Shown here one piece after another: positions 9,798 to 20,505 of a DNA stretch of 64,000 nucleotides (the stretch's first letter is position 1; every line of letters starts with the position of its first letter). Below the pieces are notes generated by a model. The model had not been told where the DNA came from. It did not search any database and worked only from the letters and a program-made list of their open reading frames with translations. Both the position numbers and the translations under genes were made by a program. Origin of the DNA: Candidatus Latescibacterota bacterium (lineage in GTDB: Bacteria > Latescibacterota > UBA2968 > UBA8231); the NCBI GenBank assembly GCA_965243025.1, contig CBDETY010000003.1, positions 1,248,001 to 1,312,000 of the forward strand, written 5' to 3'.

Positions 9798-10745
9798 ATG
9801 ACAAGGAGAATGACAGCGGTCCTTGCGACTGCTAGCGCGCTGTTGTTCGCAGGCAGCCTCCTGGCTCAGGAAGTTCCCGAGCGTATAAGGGAGCTGCCGA
9901 AATTCAAGGTGCCGCCGATCATCGACGGCGATCGGTTCTCGGTTGCCGACGAGTGGACCGGAGCAGACGAGCACGAGTGCTCCCCGAGCCAGATTCTCAG
10001 GGAGGGCGCCGAATATGGTTGGCGCGACGTCGAGTTGCAGCGAGGCGAGATCAGCGCCAACCAGCTGAACCAGAGCGAAGGGGAAGACGCGGCCGAAGCC
10101 CTCACTGACGCCGACATCTTCGGGATTTTCTGGACCGGTTGGGACGACGAGGCGCTCTACTACATCGTGGAGGTGGCCGACAATATCCGCGATGTCGAGA
10201 ACAGCGTCGCCACGGCCTGGTGGGAGCGCGACAGCATTTCCCTGTATCTCGACCTGCTCAACGAGGATACTGGCGGGGACATCACCGGTGAATACGTCAA
10301 CCTCAATATCATCAACTTTACCGCCGCCCCGCAGAACTCGAGCGAGACCACGGTCACGTTGACGAGGACCGTTCAGGCTTCCCGGACCTTCGAGCAGGAG
10401 CAGGATATCATTGAAGGGCTCGAGTACGGTTTCATCGATCGAGGCGACGAGTACGGCGGGGAAGCCGACTATTCGCAAGAAGGGAAGATCCCGTGGGCGA
10501 CCATGATCCGCGGCGGAAACCTGCCGGCGGCTCCCGAGGTGGGATCCGAGATGGGCTACTCCTGGATCATCCTCGATCCGGACGGCGACGAAGCGTACGG
10601 CGGCCAGATCCTGTGTGAGGGCTGGGCGAGCGAGGCAGCCAACTACGCCACCCTGTTGTTCACCGACAATCACGTCGGTCCCCAGCCTGGGGAAACTGCT
10701 GTCGAGACGGACAGCTGGGCTCGCATAAAAGCGACTTTTCACTAG
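9798..10745 (+). CDS. Secreted CBM9-like sugar-binding protein with C-terminal TAVE..SW..IK tail
   Basis: AAGGAG RBS, signal peptide, PIIDGD..DEW, WDDEALY, DSISLYLD, EGKIPW. Confidence 0.7.
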   Translation: MTRRMTAVLATASALLFAGSLLAQEVPERIRELPKFKVPPIIDGDRFSVADEWTGADEHECSPSQILREGAEYGWRDVELQRGEISANQLNQSEGEDAAEALTDADIFGIFWTGWDDEALYYIVEVADNIRDVENSVATAWWERDSISLYLDLLNEDTGGDITGEYVNLNIINFTAAPQNSSETTVTLTRTVQASRTFEQEQDIIEGLEYGFIDRGDEYGGEADYSQEGKIPWATMIRGGNLPAAPEVGSEMGYSWIILDPDGDEAYGGQILCEGWASEAANYATLLFTDNHVGPQPGETAVETDSWARIKATFH

Positions 10746-10804
10746 TTTCAAAAGCAACCGGAACCGGGGACGCGGCCATCGGTCGTCGTCCCCGCGAATC
10801 TTTT

Positions 10805-10843
10805 AGAAGGGGCACCCTCGCTGCTGGGTGCCCCTTCTTCTTT
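10805..10843 (+). terminator. Intrinsic terminator hairpin
   Basis: AGAAGGGGCACCC-loop-GGGTGCCCCTTCT followed by TCTTT. Confidence 0.7.
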
Positions 10844-10869
10844 GGCAGGTGCCTGAGGCTATCGGGAAG

Positions 10870-12834
10870 ATGGCGCGAGAAACGAGCGAGTCCACTGGCG
10901 GCCTGACCTGGCGCTCCCTGCTTCTGGGGTGCGGCCTGGTCGTCCTGCTGTCGGTCGGTGGTTCCTACGCGATCTGGACCCTGGGGGCTTCGGAGATCAC
11001 ATGGTCCTTCTTTCCGTCCGGGGTCGGGTTTCCCTTTTTCTGCCTGATCCTTCTCAACATCCTGCTGAAGACGGTAAACCCGGGCTGGGGCATGCGGCCG
11101 GCCGAGTTGATAACCGTCCTGGTAATGGGACTGGTCATCATCGGCGTTCCGGTTTTCCTGGTAGGCTACCTGCTCGCCATTCCCACCACTCCATACTACT
11201 TCGCTTCGGCGGAGAACCAGTGGGGCAGCCTGCTCGTTCCCCACATGCCGGCGTGGCTGTTACCTGGCAACGAGGCCTTCGCCATGACCTGGTTCTTCGA
11301 AGGCTTGCCGTATGGGGAGAGCATGCCCTGGGTCACCCTCCTGAACGCCTGGGTAATGCCGCTGTTCTGGTGGATGAGCTTCATCGGCACCCTGTTCTTC
11401 GTCTGCTTTACGCTCGTCGTCATCATGCGCAAGCAGTGGGTGGAGCGCGAAAGACTGTCGTTTCCCCTGATGCAGGTGCCCCAGGCCCTCGTCGCCGAAG
11501 CCGACCGCAACTCGCGCGTCCCTGCGGTGATGCGCGACAAGCTGTTCTGGATCGGCGCCGCCATTCCGGTGTCGCTGATCTCGTGGAACATCGTCGGGTA
11601 TTTCTTTCACTTCGTACCCAAGATCGAATGGTTCTACCCGGTTCAGGTAGCTTACGGGTTTCCCGCCCTGCACATATATCTCTACCTGCCGGTAATCGGC
11701 TTCATTTACTTCGTCAATCTCAACGTTTCATTCAGTATCTGGCTGTTTTATCTCCTGATTTTCATCGAGGAAGGGATCTTCAACCGCTTCGGGTTGGGAG
11801 TGGTCGAGACCGATGCCTTCGTCTGGAGTTTCCCGTCGACATCCTGGCAGTCCTGGGGGGCCTTCGTGGTCATGGTGCTATGGGGGTTGTGGATGGGGCG
11901 GGGACACATCTCCGGGGTCTGCAGAAAAGCCTGGAATCCCCGTGGAGGCCTCGATGACTCCGGGGAGCTGCTGACTTACCGGACCTCGGTGATCGGACTC
12001 GTCCTGGGGTTTGCCTATATGCTGGCCTGGCTGCACGAGGCCGGCATGCCCCTCCTCGTAGCCGCCTTCTTTCTTGCCGGGGTGCTGATCGCTTATCTCG
12101 GAATCACGCGGCTGGTGATTCAGGCCGGCATCTATTACATAACCACCCCGATCGTTTCCCAGGCGATGACCGTAACGACCTTCGGCACCGGTGTCATTAC
12201 CGCACCGGGGCTCGCAACCCTCGGCCTGACTTATTCCTTCTTCGGCGATGTACAGTCGATTTTCATGGTCGGAGCCGCACATGCGGCCAAACTTCAGGAC
12301 TCCATGCGGATCAGCCGTCGCGGCCTCTGTCTGGCGATTGCCCTCGCCGTTGTCATCGGCCTGACCGTATCTACCGTCAACATCATTCACATGGCGTACG
12401 ATCAGGGAGCGTCCAACTTCAATTCCTGGATATACCGGGTATCGTCCGGAGCCGGGGTCCACTCGTTCGATTACATCGCCGCAAAGATCAAAACCCCTGT
12501 GGAGACGGACGCGAAAAAGCTGACCTACTTCGGTGCAGGAGCGGCGGCAATGTCGATTCTCACCTTTTTTCAGTACCGCTTCCCGTGGTGGCCCCTGCAC
12601 CCCATCGGTTTGACCGTGGCTTCGATCTGGATGATCCGCAGGCAGGTTTTCTCCGTCTTCATCGGCTGGGCGGCCAAGAGTCTGATCATGCGCTTCGGAG
12701 GCATCGAGCTCTATCGCAAGGCATCCCCCTTCTTTATCGGGCTGATCCTGGGCCAGTTCCTCGGGGTGGGCATTTCATTCATCACGGACATGATTTTTTT
12801 CCCGGGCAACGGGCATCGGGTTCTGCACGGTTAA
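10870..12834 (+). CDS. Polytopic membrane protein, DUF6785/DUF6784 (OPT-like transporter)
   Basis: Many TM segments; RKQWVERERLSFPL, RFPWWPLHPIG, GGIELYRKASPFFIGLILG. Confidence 0.75.
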   Translation: MARETSESTGGLTWRSLLLGCGLVVLLSVGGSYAIWTLGASEITWSFFPSGVGFPFFCLILLNILLKTVNPGWGMRPAELITVLVMGLVIIGVPVFLVGYLLAIPTTPYYFASAENQWGSLLVPHMPAWLLPGNEAFAMTWFFEGLPYGESMPWVTLLNAWVMPLFWWMSFIGTLFFVCFTLVVIMRKQWVERERLSFPLMQVPQALVAEADRNSRVPAVMRDKLFWIGAAIPVSLISWNIVGYFFHFVPKIEWFYPVQVAYGFPALHIYLYLPVIGFIYFVNLNVSFSIWLFYLLIFIEEGIFNRFGLGVVETDAFVWSFPSTSWQSWGAFVVMVLWGLWMGRGHISGVCRKAWNPRGGLDDSGELLTYRTSVIGLVLGFAYMLAWLHEAGMPLLVAAFFLAGVLIAYLGITRLVIQAGIYYITTPIVSQAMTVTTFGTGVITAPGLATLGLTYSFFGDVQSIFMVGAAHAAKLQDSMRISRRGLCLAIALAVVIGLTVSTVNIIHMAYDQGASNFNSWIYRVSSGAGVHSFDYIAAKIKTPVETDAKKLTYFGAGAAAMSILTFFQYRFPWWPLHPIGLTVASIWMIRRQVFSVFIGWAAKSLIMRFGGIELYRKASPFFIGLILGQFLGVGISFITDMIFFPGNGHRVLHG

Positions 12835-12960
12835 GGCGAGGGCCAGGCTGGCCTCGCGGCGGAAGCGAACGTCCTGCCGGCCGGGTGTGGCTGTTCGGGG
12901 AGAACGCGGTCTGTCCGCACAGCCGCTCTCGGCAAAGGCAACCCGGCCGCAGCGGCGTCT

Positions 12961-14367
12961 TTACCAGCCGGTTCGGGGGGCGGGGATGTCGCCGTACTCC
13001 CGGTGCCGGGCAATGTCTCGCGGCATGGTTTTGACGTAGTTCCCGCGGATGGCGTAGAGTCGGGCGCTGTCGAGCTCGATCTCCAGGCGCAGGAAGCGGT
13101 CGCTCAGGGCGTCCATTTTCCCGCCATCGTTCCAGACCGGGATCCAGGCGGTGTCGTCGCCGGAGAAGGGGTGGCAGTCCTCGAAGCCGTATCCCTCCAG
13201 GGGTGTTCCCATCTCGTCGGTGACCTGGGCGCGCACCCGGCCTCCCTGGCTGGCGACGTTGAGCTCGACTTCGCCGCCGTTCCAGTAGACCGGACGGATT
13301 CCGACCAGCCCCGGACCGCCGCCGCTCTCCAGGAAACAGAACCCGTCGCGCCGCAGCCGGTACACCACAATCGAGCCGGAGCCGGCAGGGGGGACGCCGT
13401 GCTCGTGGGTGCAGGCCGAGGCGTAGATCAGCAGGGACCCGTCCCCCATGGCGGCGATCGAGCCGGGGTACACGCAGCCAGAATCCGGCTCGCCGGGAGG
13501 GCCGTTGGGGATGAAGGGATCGCGCAGGCCGCGGTGCCAGTGCCAGCCGTTCAGGCTGTAGGCGAGCTGGCAGTCGACGTGGCCTCCCTGGAAGCGGCGG
13601 ATGTTCGGGTCCCAGGGGACCGTGTGGAAGAGCCACAGGAAAGCCAGGTAGTAACCTTCGTAGGGAAACACCGGCATGCCGTACGGCTCCGTCAGGGGGG
13701 CGTCGAGAGCGTCGGGCTGGATGACGAGCTCCGGCGCGGTGTAGTTCCGCCAGTCGGTGGTTTCCACCGCGGCGATGCGCCGATCCAGTACCTCGGGGCG
13801 GGTGAGAACGACATAGCTCCCGCGCACTTCGTTCCAGAAAGCGAAGACCCCGGGGTCCGCCCCCTTTTCGAGCCAGGCTCCCCCTTCCCTGGGAGTCCAG
13901 CGGATGCCGTCCGGCGACGCGAGAAGCACGGCGCGTCCACCGCCGGCGATGCCATGGGGAAAGGAGATCTTGAACGCCTTGAGGCGTTCCTCCGGGCCCG
14001 CGCGTTCATCGACGAAACAGGAAGCCCACTCCGTATGCTCCTCGAGGGTGGCGATCTGGTGCGGAAAACGCCGGTCGGCAAGGTCGATCTCGTCGGTGGT
14101 GTCCTTCAGCTTCCACTCGATCCCGTCCCTGCTTTCCGCCAGGACCTGTGCATGGGGGATCCCGCGACCCTGCCCTGCGTGGATCTGGTAGGCCATCCGC
14201 CAGGTGCGGCTCTCTTCATGGCGGAAAACCGAAGGGTAGCCGAAAGCGGGATTCCCGCAGGGGTCGCGATGGACCGCCTCTGCGATGCGCTCCGGGCGGC
14301 CTGGCTTGCGCACGACGTTGTCAAGCCGGTTGAGTCTCTGGTCGTCGAACAAGAGTGTCGTGGTCAT
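12961..14367 (-). CDS. Five-bladed beta-propeller glycoside-hydrolase-like protein (GH32/43-like)
   Basis: AESRDGIEW, SPDGIRW, YSLNGWHW Asp-box-like repeats; LRRDGF. Confidence 0.65.
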   Translation of the reverse strand: MTTTLLFDDQRLNRLDNVVRKPGRPERIAEAVHRDPCGNPAFGYPSVFRHEESRTWRMAYQIHAGQGRGIPHAQVLAESRDGIEWKLKDTTDEIDLADRRFPHQIATLEEHTEWASCFVDERAGPEERLKAFKISFPHGIAGGGRAVLLASPDGIRWTPREGGAWLEKGADPGVFAFWNEVRGSYVVLTRPEVLDRRIAAVETTDWRNYTAPELVIQPDALDAPLTEPYGMPVFPYEGYYLAFLWLFHTVPWDPNIRRFQGGHVDCQLAYSLNGWHWHRGLRDPFIPNGPPGEPDSGCVYPGSIAAMGDGSLLIYASACTHEHGVPPAGSGSIVVYRLRRDGFCFLESGGGPGLVGIRPVYWNGGEVELNVASQGGRVRAQVTDEMGTPLEGYGFEDCHPFSGDDTAWIPVWNDGGKMDALSDRFLRLEIELDSARLYAIRGNYVKTMPRDIARHREYGDIPAPRTGW

Positions 14368-14606
14368 GGAGGCAGAATTCCGTCAAGTCGTTGGTTCATT
14401 GGAGCGGGAGCATGCTCTGGTCGATATTCGATTTTGCCATTTCGCGACTCACCGGTAAGCCGCCTGCGAGCCTTCCGGAAAGGGCTTTCCGGCGGCAGAC
14501 TGAAATCCCCACGGTCAAATCTCCCGCTGGCGGGAACCGAGGGCCCCGGGCCCGGTTTCGTTTACAATCCGATTTTGTGGGGACACGCCTTCCCGAAGAG
14601 GCAAGA

Positions 14607-15548
14607 ATGATCGATTCAATCGACGTCGACCGCCATTTGCACGAACTGAAGGATTCGGGATACACCGTTGTCGAAGGCCTGCTCGAGGAAGCGGAACTGG
14701 CCGAGTTGAAAGCGGAGACCGACCGCGAGATCGAACAGGCGCTGAACGATCCCTGGGACCCGGGCGATTCGGCTCCGTCCCACCCGGACGACGTGGAGAT
14801 CGAAGCGTTCTTCCGCAGCTCCTACCCGACCTGCCCCGAGGAGGAGTACGGACGCATCATGCGTCTGGTTCGGCATACCCGCCACGAGAATTACGATACG
14901 CCGTTCCCCCTTCCGGTCGCAAAGGTGCTGAAGAACTTCCTGCATCGGCCCGCAATCGAGGACGGCGGCCGCACGGTGTACCTCCATGAGCTGGCGACCC
15001 GTGCCCCGGTCTTCGCCAGGCTGGCCGAAGCCCCGGTGCTGCTTGAGCTGGCCCGGGGTGTTCTGAACGAGGATTGCGTCCTCGCCGACGTCGGCGGCAA
15101 CAGCATAGGCCCCCACACCGATGGCGGCGCCTGGCACGTCGACGTGCCGCTGGGCCAGCTGCCCGAGCCGTTGCCTGAATTCGCGCTGACGACTCAGAAC
15201 GTCTGGATGGTCGACGACTTCACCCCCGGGAACGGGGCCACGAGGGTGGTGCCGGGCAGCCACAGGAGCCGCAGGAAGCCTCCATGGGTGCGCCAGCCCC
15301 TCGACGGCGAGGTTGCGGTGACCGGACCCGCCGGATCGATGGCGATCTGGCTGTCGAGCACCTGGCATCGGCCCGGCCCCAACAGGACCGACCGCGCCCG
15401 TCGCGCCGTGCTCTGCTACTTCTCCCGCTCCTGGATAAAGGGGTGGTCGGACTTCCGGCCGACGGTCAACGCGGAGAAGGCGGAGGAGCTGTCTCCGACT
15501 TTAAGGTACCTGCTCGGCTTTTCGTCGAATCCGATCGTCAGGGGCTGA
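14607..15548 (+). CDS. Phytanoyl-CoA dioxygenase (PhyH) family protein
   Basis: WHVD, DFTPGNGATRVVPGSH, WHR, N.T..R motifs. Confidence 0.9.
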   Translation: MIDSIDVDRHLHELKDSGYTVVEGLLEEAELAELKAETDREIEQALNDPWDPGDSAPSHPDDVEIEAFFRSSYPTCPEEEYGRIMRLVRHTRHENYDTPFPLPVAKVLKNFLHRPAIEDGGRTVYLHELATRAPVFARLAEAPVLLELARGVLNEDCVLADVGGNSIGPHTDGGAWHVDVPLGQLPEPLPEFALTTQNVWMVDDFTPGNGATRVVPGSHRSRRKPPWVRQPLDGEVAVTGPAGSMAIWLSSTWHRPGPNRTDRARRAVLCYFSRSWIKGWSDFRPTVNAEKAEELSPTLRYLLGFSSNPIVRG

Positions 15549-15578
15549 TCCGGCCTGCCCCGGGTACACCGCGGGATT

Positions 15579-17783
15579 TCAGAAATACAGCTTGTGCAGC
15601 ACCCGCAGGTTGCGGCCCGGCTCGGGCAGGATCTCCTTGACCCGGTTGAGGTGGCGGCGATAGACCGCGTTCGTGGCGTTTTCCAGGGTCGCCGAAAAGG
15701 CGTGCAGGCGCCCGCCCCAATTGGCGAGGTACTGCCCGGACAGGTCGAGCACGGCGTAGCCGTCGGTCGGTTTCTCGAACTCGCCGGGACGGTCCTGGTC
15801 CGCGGCGAGGCGAAGCCCGACGGTGCCGCTCAGGGACTCCCGTTCCGCGGTCAGACTGAAGCGCCCCTGCAGCGGAGGCAGGCGGGGAAGCGGCTCGTCG
15901 CCGCGGTCGCTCAACACCCCGCGCACATGGCTGGCGGTGACCGTGGTCTTCAAGCTCCGCCACAGGTCCCAGTCGAGGGCGACCTCGGCGCCGCGCATGT
16001 TGACGCGTTCGCCGACCGTCCGGTAGAGAAACAGGTCGGCGCGCCGCGGGCTGAGCACGCCGGTGTTCCTCGGGAAGATGAAGCCGTCGATGTCGTTGCG
16101 GTAAACGGCGAGACGGAGATGCCCCCGGGTGTGGTGGTAGTCGGCGAAAAGCTCGATCCCCCGTCCGCGCTCGCTGTCGAGGGCCCCGTTTCCGACTTCG
16201 TAGGAGTAGGCGGCCAGGTGCGGCCCCTCCGAGAACAGCTCCTCGATTCCGGGGGCCCGGAAGGTGCGCATCAGGGTGGTGCCGAGGGTCAGAGCTTCCA
16301 CGGGGCGAAACTGAGCGGACAGGCCCCCTGAGAATCCGGCGAAGTCCCGCCGCTGTATGCGCCCGACCTGGTTGGAATGACGCTCCTCCCGCGGCTGGAC
16401 GCGGCGCACGTCGAAGCGGACCGCCCCTTTCGCTGCCCAGTCCCCGCGGATCAACTCCTGGTAGGTGAAGCAGGCGCCGGCGTACTCGGTTGCCGGAGGT
16501 GTGAAGTTGAGGCCCGCGGCAGCGTAGTTCCGGTATTCGTACCAGACCCCGGCGGCCCCCTTCTCGAAAGGACCCACCGGGTTCAGGCGGGCGAGGCTCG
16601 CGAGGTGGTGGGTCAGGAGGCCGAACTCCATGCCCAGCGATCCGCCGGCCTCGAACTCCCCGTGATGGTAGCGGGAGAAGGTGTGGTGCAGCTCGAGTTG
16701 TCTGATCCGGTCGGAAAGGGTGAGGAATTCGGCGCGCGTTTCCAGGTGCTGGCGCTCCAGCAGGATCGACACCCCGGACGGGTGTGAGCCGACCGGGTCG
16801 GGAGGGATGCCGTACTCGGAATCGTAGAGGCTGCCGGATACCCCGAGGTGGCCCCACGGCCGCACCAGGCTGATCCCCAGCGATCCGTTGCCGGTGCGGA
16901 TATCGGTGTTGACCAGGGGGCCGCGCGGGGTCGAGACATCCCCGGCATTGCGCAGGCTGCTGTCGAAGCGCATGGCCAGCGGCCCCAGCGGCTGTTCGAA
17001 CGCCAGCCCCGCCGACAGGCCGCCGGTGACGCTTTCCGCTTGCCAGGTGAAGGAACCGTTGCGCCCCTGCGGCTGCTCGGAAGGGACGTATCCGCGGACG
17101 ACGTTGACGACTCCCCCCAACGCGTTGGAACCGTACAGCAGGGTCCCCGGTCCCCGCACCACCTCGATCCGTTCGGTGGTCATCGGTTCGATCGCCACCG
17201 CGTGGTCCGACGACGACGCCGACAGGTCGCCGGTGCGCTCCCCGTCCTCGAGCACGAGCAGGCGGTCGCCGCTCAGTCCGCGCAGCACGGGACGGGCCGG
17301 CGCCGGTCCCATGGTGCGCTGCGTCACCCCGGGCTCGTAGTCCATGGTCTCGGCGATGGTGCGGCTCAGGTTCTGGCGGAGCTTGCTGCCGCTGAAAACG
17401 ACTTCCGGCTTCTGCAGCGGGGAAAGCGGCCGTTCGTGATCGTCCTCGACCACGGTCTCGTCCATGTGCAGGGGTTCATGGCCGATCCAGAGATCGACGT
17501 GGGTGGTGTCCCCCGGCTCGATCCGCACCTCGAAACGGGCGTCGCGGTATCCGAGGTGCAGCGTCTGCAGGATGTACACCCCCGGGGTCAGGGCGGGAAA
17601 GAGGAAATACCCTCCGGTGTCGCTGACGCGGCCGCGGTTGATCCCCTCGATGACCACGGTGGCCCAGGGCACCGGCTCCCCCGTGTCGGAGTCTACGACG
17701 TGGCCTGCGAGCGCCCCTGTTTCAGCGGCGTACAGGGGCGCGGCCGCCAGGAATGCGGCAAGGGCTGCCGCGCCGAAGATCAA
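15579..17783 (-). CDS. TonB-dependent receptor, probable metal (Zn-type, ZnuD-like) uptake
   Basis: N-terminal carboxypeptidase-like domain, RPVLRGL, DHAVAIEP, RIEVVRGP.TLLYG, ELFSEGPHLA, C-terminal PGRN...YF. Confidence 0.88.
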   Translation of the reverse strand: MIFGAAALAAFLAAAPLYAAETGALAGHVVDSDTGEPVPWATVVIEGINRGRVSDTGGYFLFPALTPGVYILQTLHLGYRDARFEVRIEPGDTTHVDLWIGHEPLHMDETVVEDDHERPLSPLQKPEVVFSGSKLRQNLSRTIAETMDYEPGVTQRTMGPAPARPVLRGLSGDRLLVLEDGERTGDLSASSSDHAVAIEPMTTERIEVVRGPGTLLYGSNALGGVVNVVRGYVPSEQPQGRNGSFTWQAESVTGGLSAGLAFEQPLGPLAMRFDSSLRNAGDVSTPRGPLVNTDIRTGNGSLGISLVRPWGHLGVSGSLYDSEYGIPPDPVGSHPSGVSILLERQHLETRAEFLTLSDRIRQLELHHTFSRYHHGEFEAGGSLGMEFGLLTHHLASLARLNPVGPFEKGAAGVWYEYRNYAAAGLNFTPPATEYAGACFTYQELIRGDWAAKGAVRFDVRRVQPREERHSNQVGRIQRRDFAGFSGGLSAQFRPVEALTLGTTLMRTFRAPGIEELFSEGPHLAAYSYEVGNGALDSERGRGIELFADYHHTRGHLRLAVYRNDIDGFIFPRNTGVLSPRRADLFLYRTVGERVNMRGAEVALDWDLWRSLKTTVTASHVRGVLSDRGDEPLPRLPPLQGRFSLTAERESLSGTVGLRLAADQDRPGEFEKPTDGYAVLDLSGQYLANWGGRLHAFSATLENATNAVYRRHLNRVKEILPEPGRNLRVLHKLYF

Positions 17784-17789
17784 CCCCTT

Positions 17790-18305
17790 CTAGCCTTCCT
17801 CGTCGTGATCCTCGTCGGCGTGGGAGTCCTCGGAGCCCGGGCCCCCTTCTTCGACGTGGATCTCGATATCCTTCGAGACGAAATCGGCGTGGTCGTTGTG
17901 GTTCAGCTTGATCACCAGGGTGGTCTGGCCTTCTTCCAGGCCGGCGATGTGGAAGGCCCAGGGGCCGTCCTCCTCGTGGTGCTCGACTTCGGCGATGCTC
18001 TCGTCGCCGATTTCCCAGTCGAGACCATACCCGTCGTCGGCGTCCGGGGTGAACTCGTCGCCGTCCTCGGCGAGGAAGCGCACCGACAGCAGGGCTGTTT
18101 CCAGGCCGTGCCCGACTTCGATTTCGCCTTCCACCTCGCCGCTTTCCTGGCGGACGAGCTCCTCGCCGCTGCCGAAGATGACCAGGCCGAACGCCTCGGC
18201 GTGCTCTTCCCCCTCATGGGGGTCTACGGGATTGTCGTCGTCGCCGCAGCCGGCAAACAACAGTACGGCGAGAAGGGATGAAATGGTTGAGCTGATCCTG
18301 AGCAT
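17790..18305 (-). CDS. His/acidic-rich lipoprotein, probable metal-binding partner of the receptor
   Basis: Lipobox FAGC; HEGEEHAE, HHEED, HNDHADF, DSHADEDHDEE. Confidence 0.75.
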   Translation of the reverse strand: MLRISSTISSLLAVLLFAGCGDDDNPVDPHEGEEHAEAFGLVIFGSGEELVRQESGEVEGEIEVGHGLETALLSVRFLAEDGDEFTPDADDGYGLDWEIGDESIAEVEHHEEDGPWAFHIAGLEEGQTTLVIKLNHNDHADFVSKDIEIHVEEGGPGSEDSHADEDHDEEG

Positions 18306-18527
18306 GGTACGGTTCTCCGGGTAATGTCTCTGTGACCAGATGGCCCCAGGGAGGGATGTGATGTATATGTGAACCGGACGGGAAGGCTGAGGAGCGATGA
18401 GTCCTTCAGCCTGCTCCGAACGGGGCCGGGAGAACGCATCCGCACGCCGCCGATCCGGGTGGCGCCGAAGCGCCGGGCCTCGACGCCGGGAAGGCGGGAA
18501 TGGACTGCGTGCAGCGGGTGCGGATGC

Positions 18528-18839
18528 TCAGGTGCGGGGTGGGGCGCGGTTTGCGAAGGAGTAGCCGCGGAAGAAAAGCGGCAGAGGGACGGACAAGAGC
18601 CTCCCCCCGCAGATGCGGGTGCCGGCGCTCAAAAAAAGGAGCGGAAGGATGACGACCACGAGCAGCACGAGGCTGCTCTCGATCATGCGGACCGGGCAGT
18701 TCTCCGGCTCGGCTCCCACCTCGTGAAACAGCTGGTGACCGAAGGGAAGCGCCAGGAAGAGTCCGATCAGCAGGGCCCCGAAGCAGAGCACTGCCAGGTT
18801 GGCGGGCCATCGGCGGTCTCTGTTGAATCCGGTCGGCAT
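18528..18839 (-). CDS. DUF2946-like small membrane ORF with C-terminal RAPP motif (CruR-like leader)
   Basis: TM helix, HQLFH...CPVR, second hydrophobic stretch, ends NRAPPRT; upstream of the metal receptor operon. Confidence 0.65.
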   Translation of the reverse strand: MPTGFNRDRRWPANLAVLCFGALLIGLFLALPFGHQLFHEVGAEPENCPVRMIESSLVLLVVVILPLLFLSAGTRICGGRLLSVPLPLFFRGYSFANRAPPRT

Positions 18840-18971
18840 GATCAAAACACTGGGTTCAATGTACTCCTGCTGCGGATGGAGAGTCAAAATCGGTTTCGGG
18901 GTTCACGAGGGATCGCCATGTGAAAGAGATGATGTCGGTTTTTACGTTTCTCGGCGGCAGCGAGGCGGATC

Positions 18972-19887
18972 ATGAAGGGTTGCGGTGTCGTTTCTCTTGC
19001 GGTCCTGGCAGCTTCCCTGTCGACCGCATTTTCCCAGATGCGCTGGGATATTCGGGCGGCGGACCACTACGAATGGACCGGCGGCAGGGCCTTTCTCGTG
19101 AATCATCCCACCTCGACCCGGGATCTGCGCGAAAAGTCCCGGCAAGGCATCGAGGCCCTGGCGCGCCGGTTCGCCCCGGAAGAGGCGATCATGGTGGTCC
19201 ACCACGGACCCTTCGCGAAAAATCCCCTCAATGCAGGGGAGTCCGCCCGCCGCTACTACCTCTCCGGCGACGACGTGGGCCTGATCGTGCGCAGCCCCTC
19301 CGGGGAGCACCCCCTGCAGTTTCCGGAGGGGGCGACGGTCTATCTGGCTGGGGGCGGCTTCCTCCTCTGCCTTTTGCGGGGCGTTCCGGGATGTCCTGCG
19401 CGGAACCTCCGGGGACGCGGCGGCCGTGTTCGTGACCGATGGCATCTATCACACCCTGTCGAGGTTCGCACCTGCTGTCGCGGAGATGACCGAGGAGGAG
19501 TTGGAGGTTGCCCTGGATGCAAGGGTGCCCTTGCTGGGTGATTCTATGCAATTCCTCAGTGGCCTCGGCTTCCTCCGGTTTCTGCGCGAACGCCTGCTCG
19601 GATCGGGCGGCGACAGGGGGATCTGCCCGTTTCAGCCGGAAAGTCCGGGCGACCGCCTCCCGCTTCGAGCGGAGTCGCTCACCTTCCACGTCTTCAACGA
19701 AGCGGGCTACCTCGGTCCGATCGCCGGCGGGGAAAGGGAAATCGCGTTGCATTTTCTGCCCTCCCGGCGGGTTCCCGATCCCGCCCTCGAGGGCGGGGCC
19801 GGCGCCGCTGCCGCAATCCGGCGGCGGACGTGGGGAATCATCAGGGGGACTCGACAGCCGCGGTCCGCAACTGTGCGAGCTCCTTGA
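18972..19887 (+). pseudogene. Secreted hypothetical protein with one frameshift near 19380
   Basis: Signal peptide ORF 18972 continues into the 19426 ORF frame if one G is removed from GCGGGGC. Confidence 0.5.
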
Positions 19888-20505
19888 TGGCGGCGTTGCC
19901 GGGGTCGTCCCCGCTATTCCGGCGGCTCTCCCATTCGGCCAGGGCAACCTCGACAGCTGCCTCGTCGCCGCGGCGCCAGATCGTCACGGTGGGGCGGTCG
20001 AACGCCGTCATCGTCGGTTCGTCGTACGCTCTGGGGAACCCCACCGGTCCCGCCGGGGGGCCCCTGCCGGACAAGCGGGGGAACATCCTCGACCTCGACG
20101 GCCGGCCGTGCCTGCACCAAAAAGAACCGGGCCGAGTTCCCGGGGTCGGCGGCGGGTGTCCCCCATTTCGCGGAACCCCTGCGCAGATTGGGTCGTCACA
20201 CCGTTCTCCGGCCGGGCCCGCGCCGGCAGCCGTGGCCTGAACGACATCGGTTCCCCGGACCGTTACAGGAGCCGGCACCGTCGATCGCGCTCATTCCCGA
20301 TGGGCTCCCGGCGGTGCCGATGGGATTCCCGATCCATCCGGCAGGGTCCCGGACAAGCAGGGACCGGTCCACGGTCTCCCGGTCTCCAGACCGTGACCGG
20401 ACAGCGTCACACGACCGGATGAACCTTCACCTTCCCTTAACAAGGCACCCTTTTTTTCGAAAGTAGCGGGAGCCGCTCCCCGCCTCACCGACAGTCCTTC
20501 CCCGA

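Noticed and set aside
19841-20011. 56-aa minus-strand ORF
   Set aside because: No RBS or recognisable motif; overlaps the neighbouring gene end.
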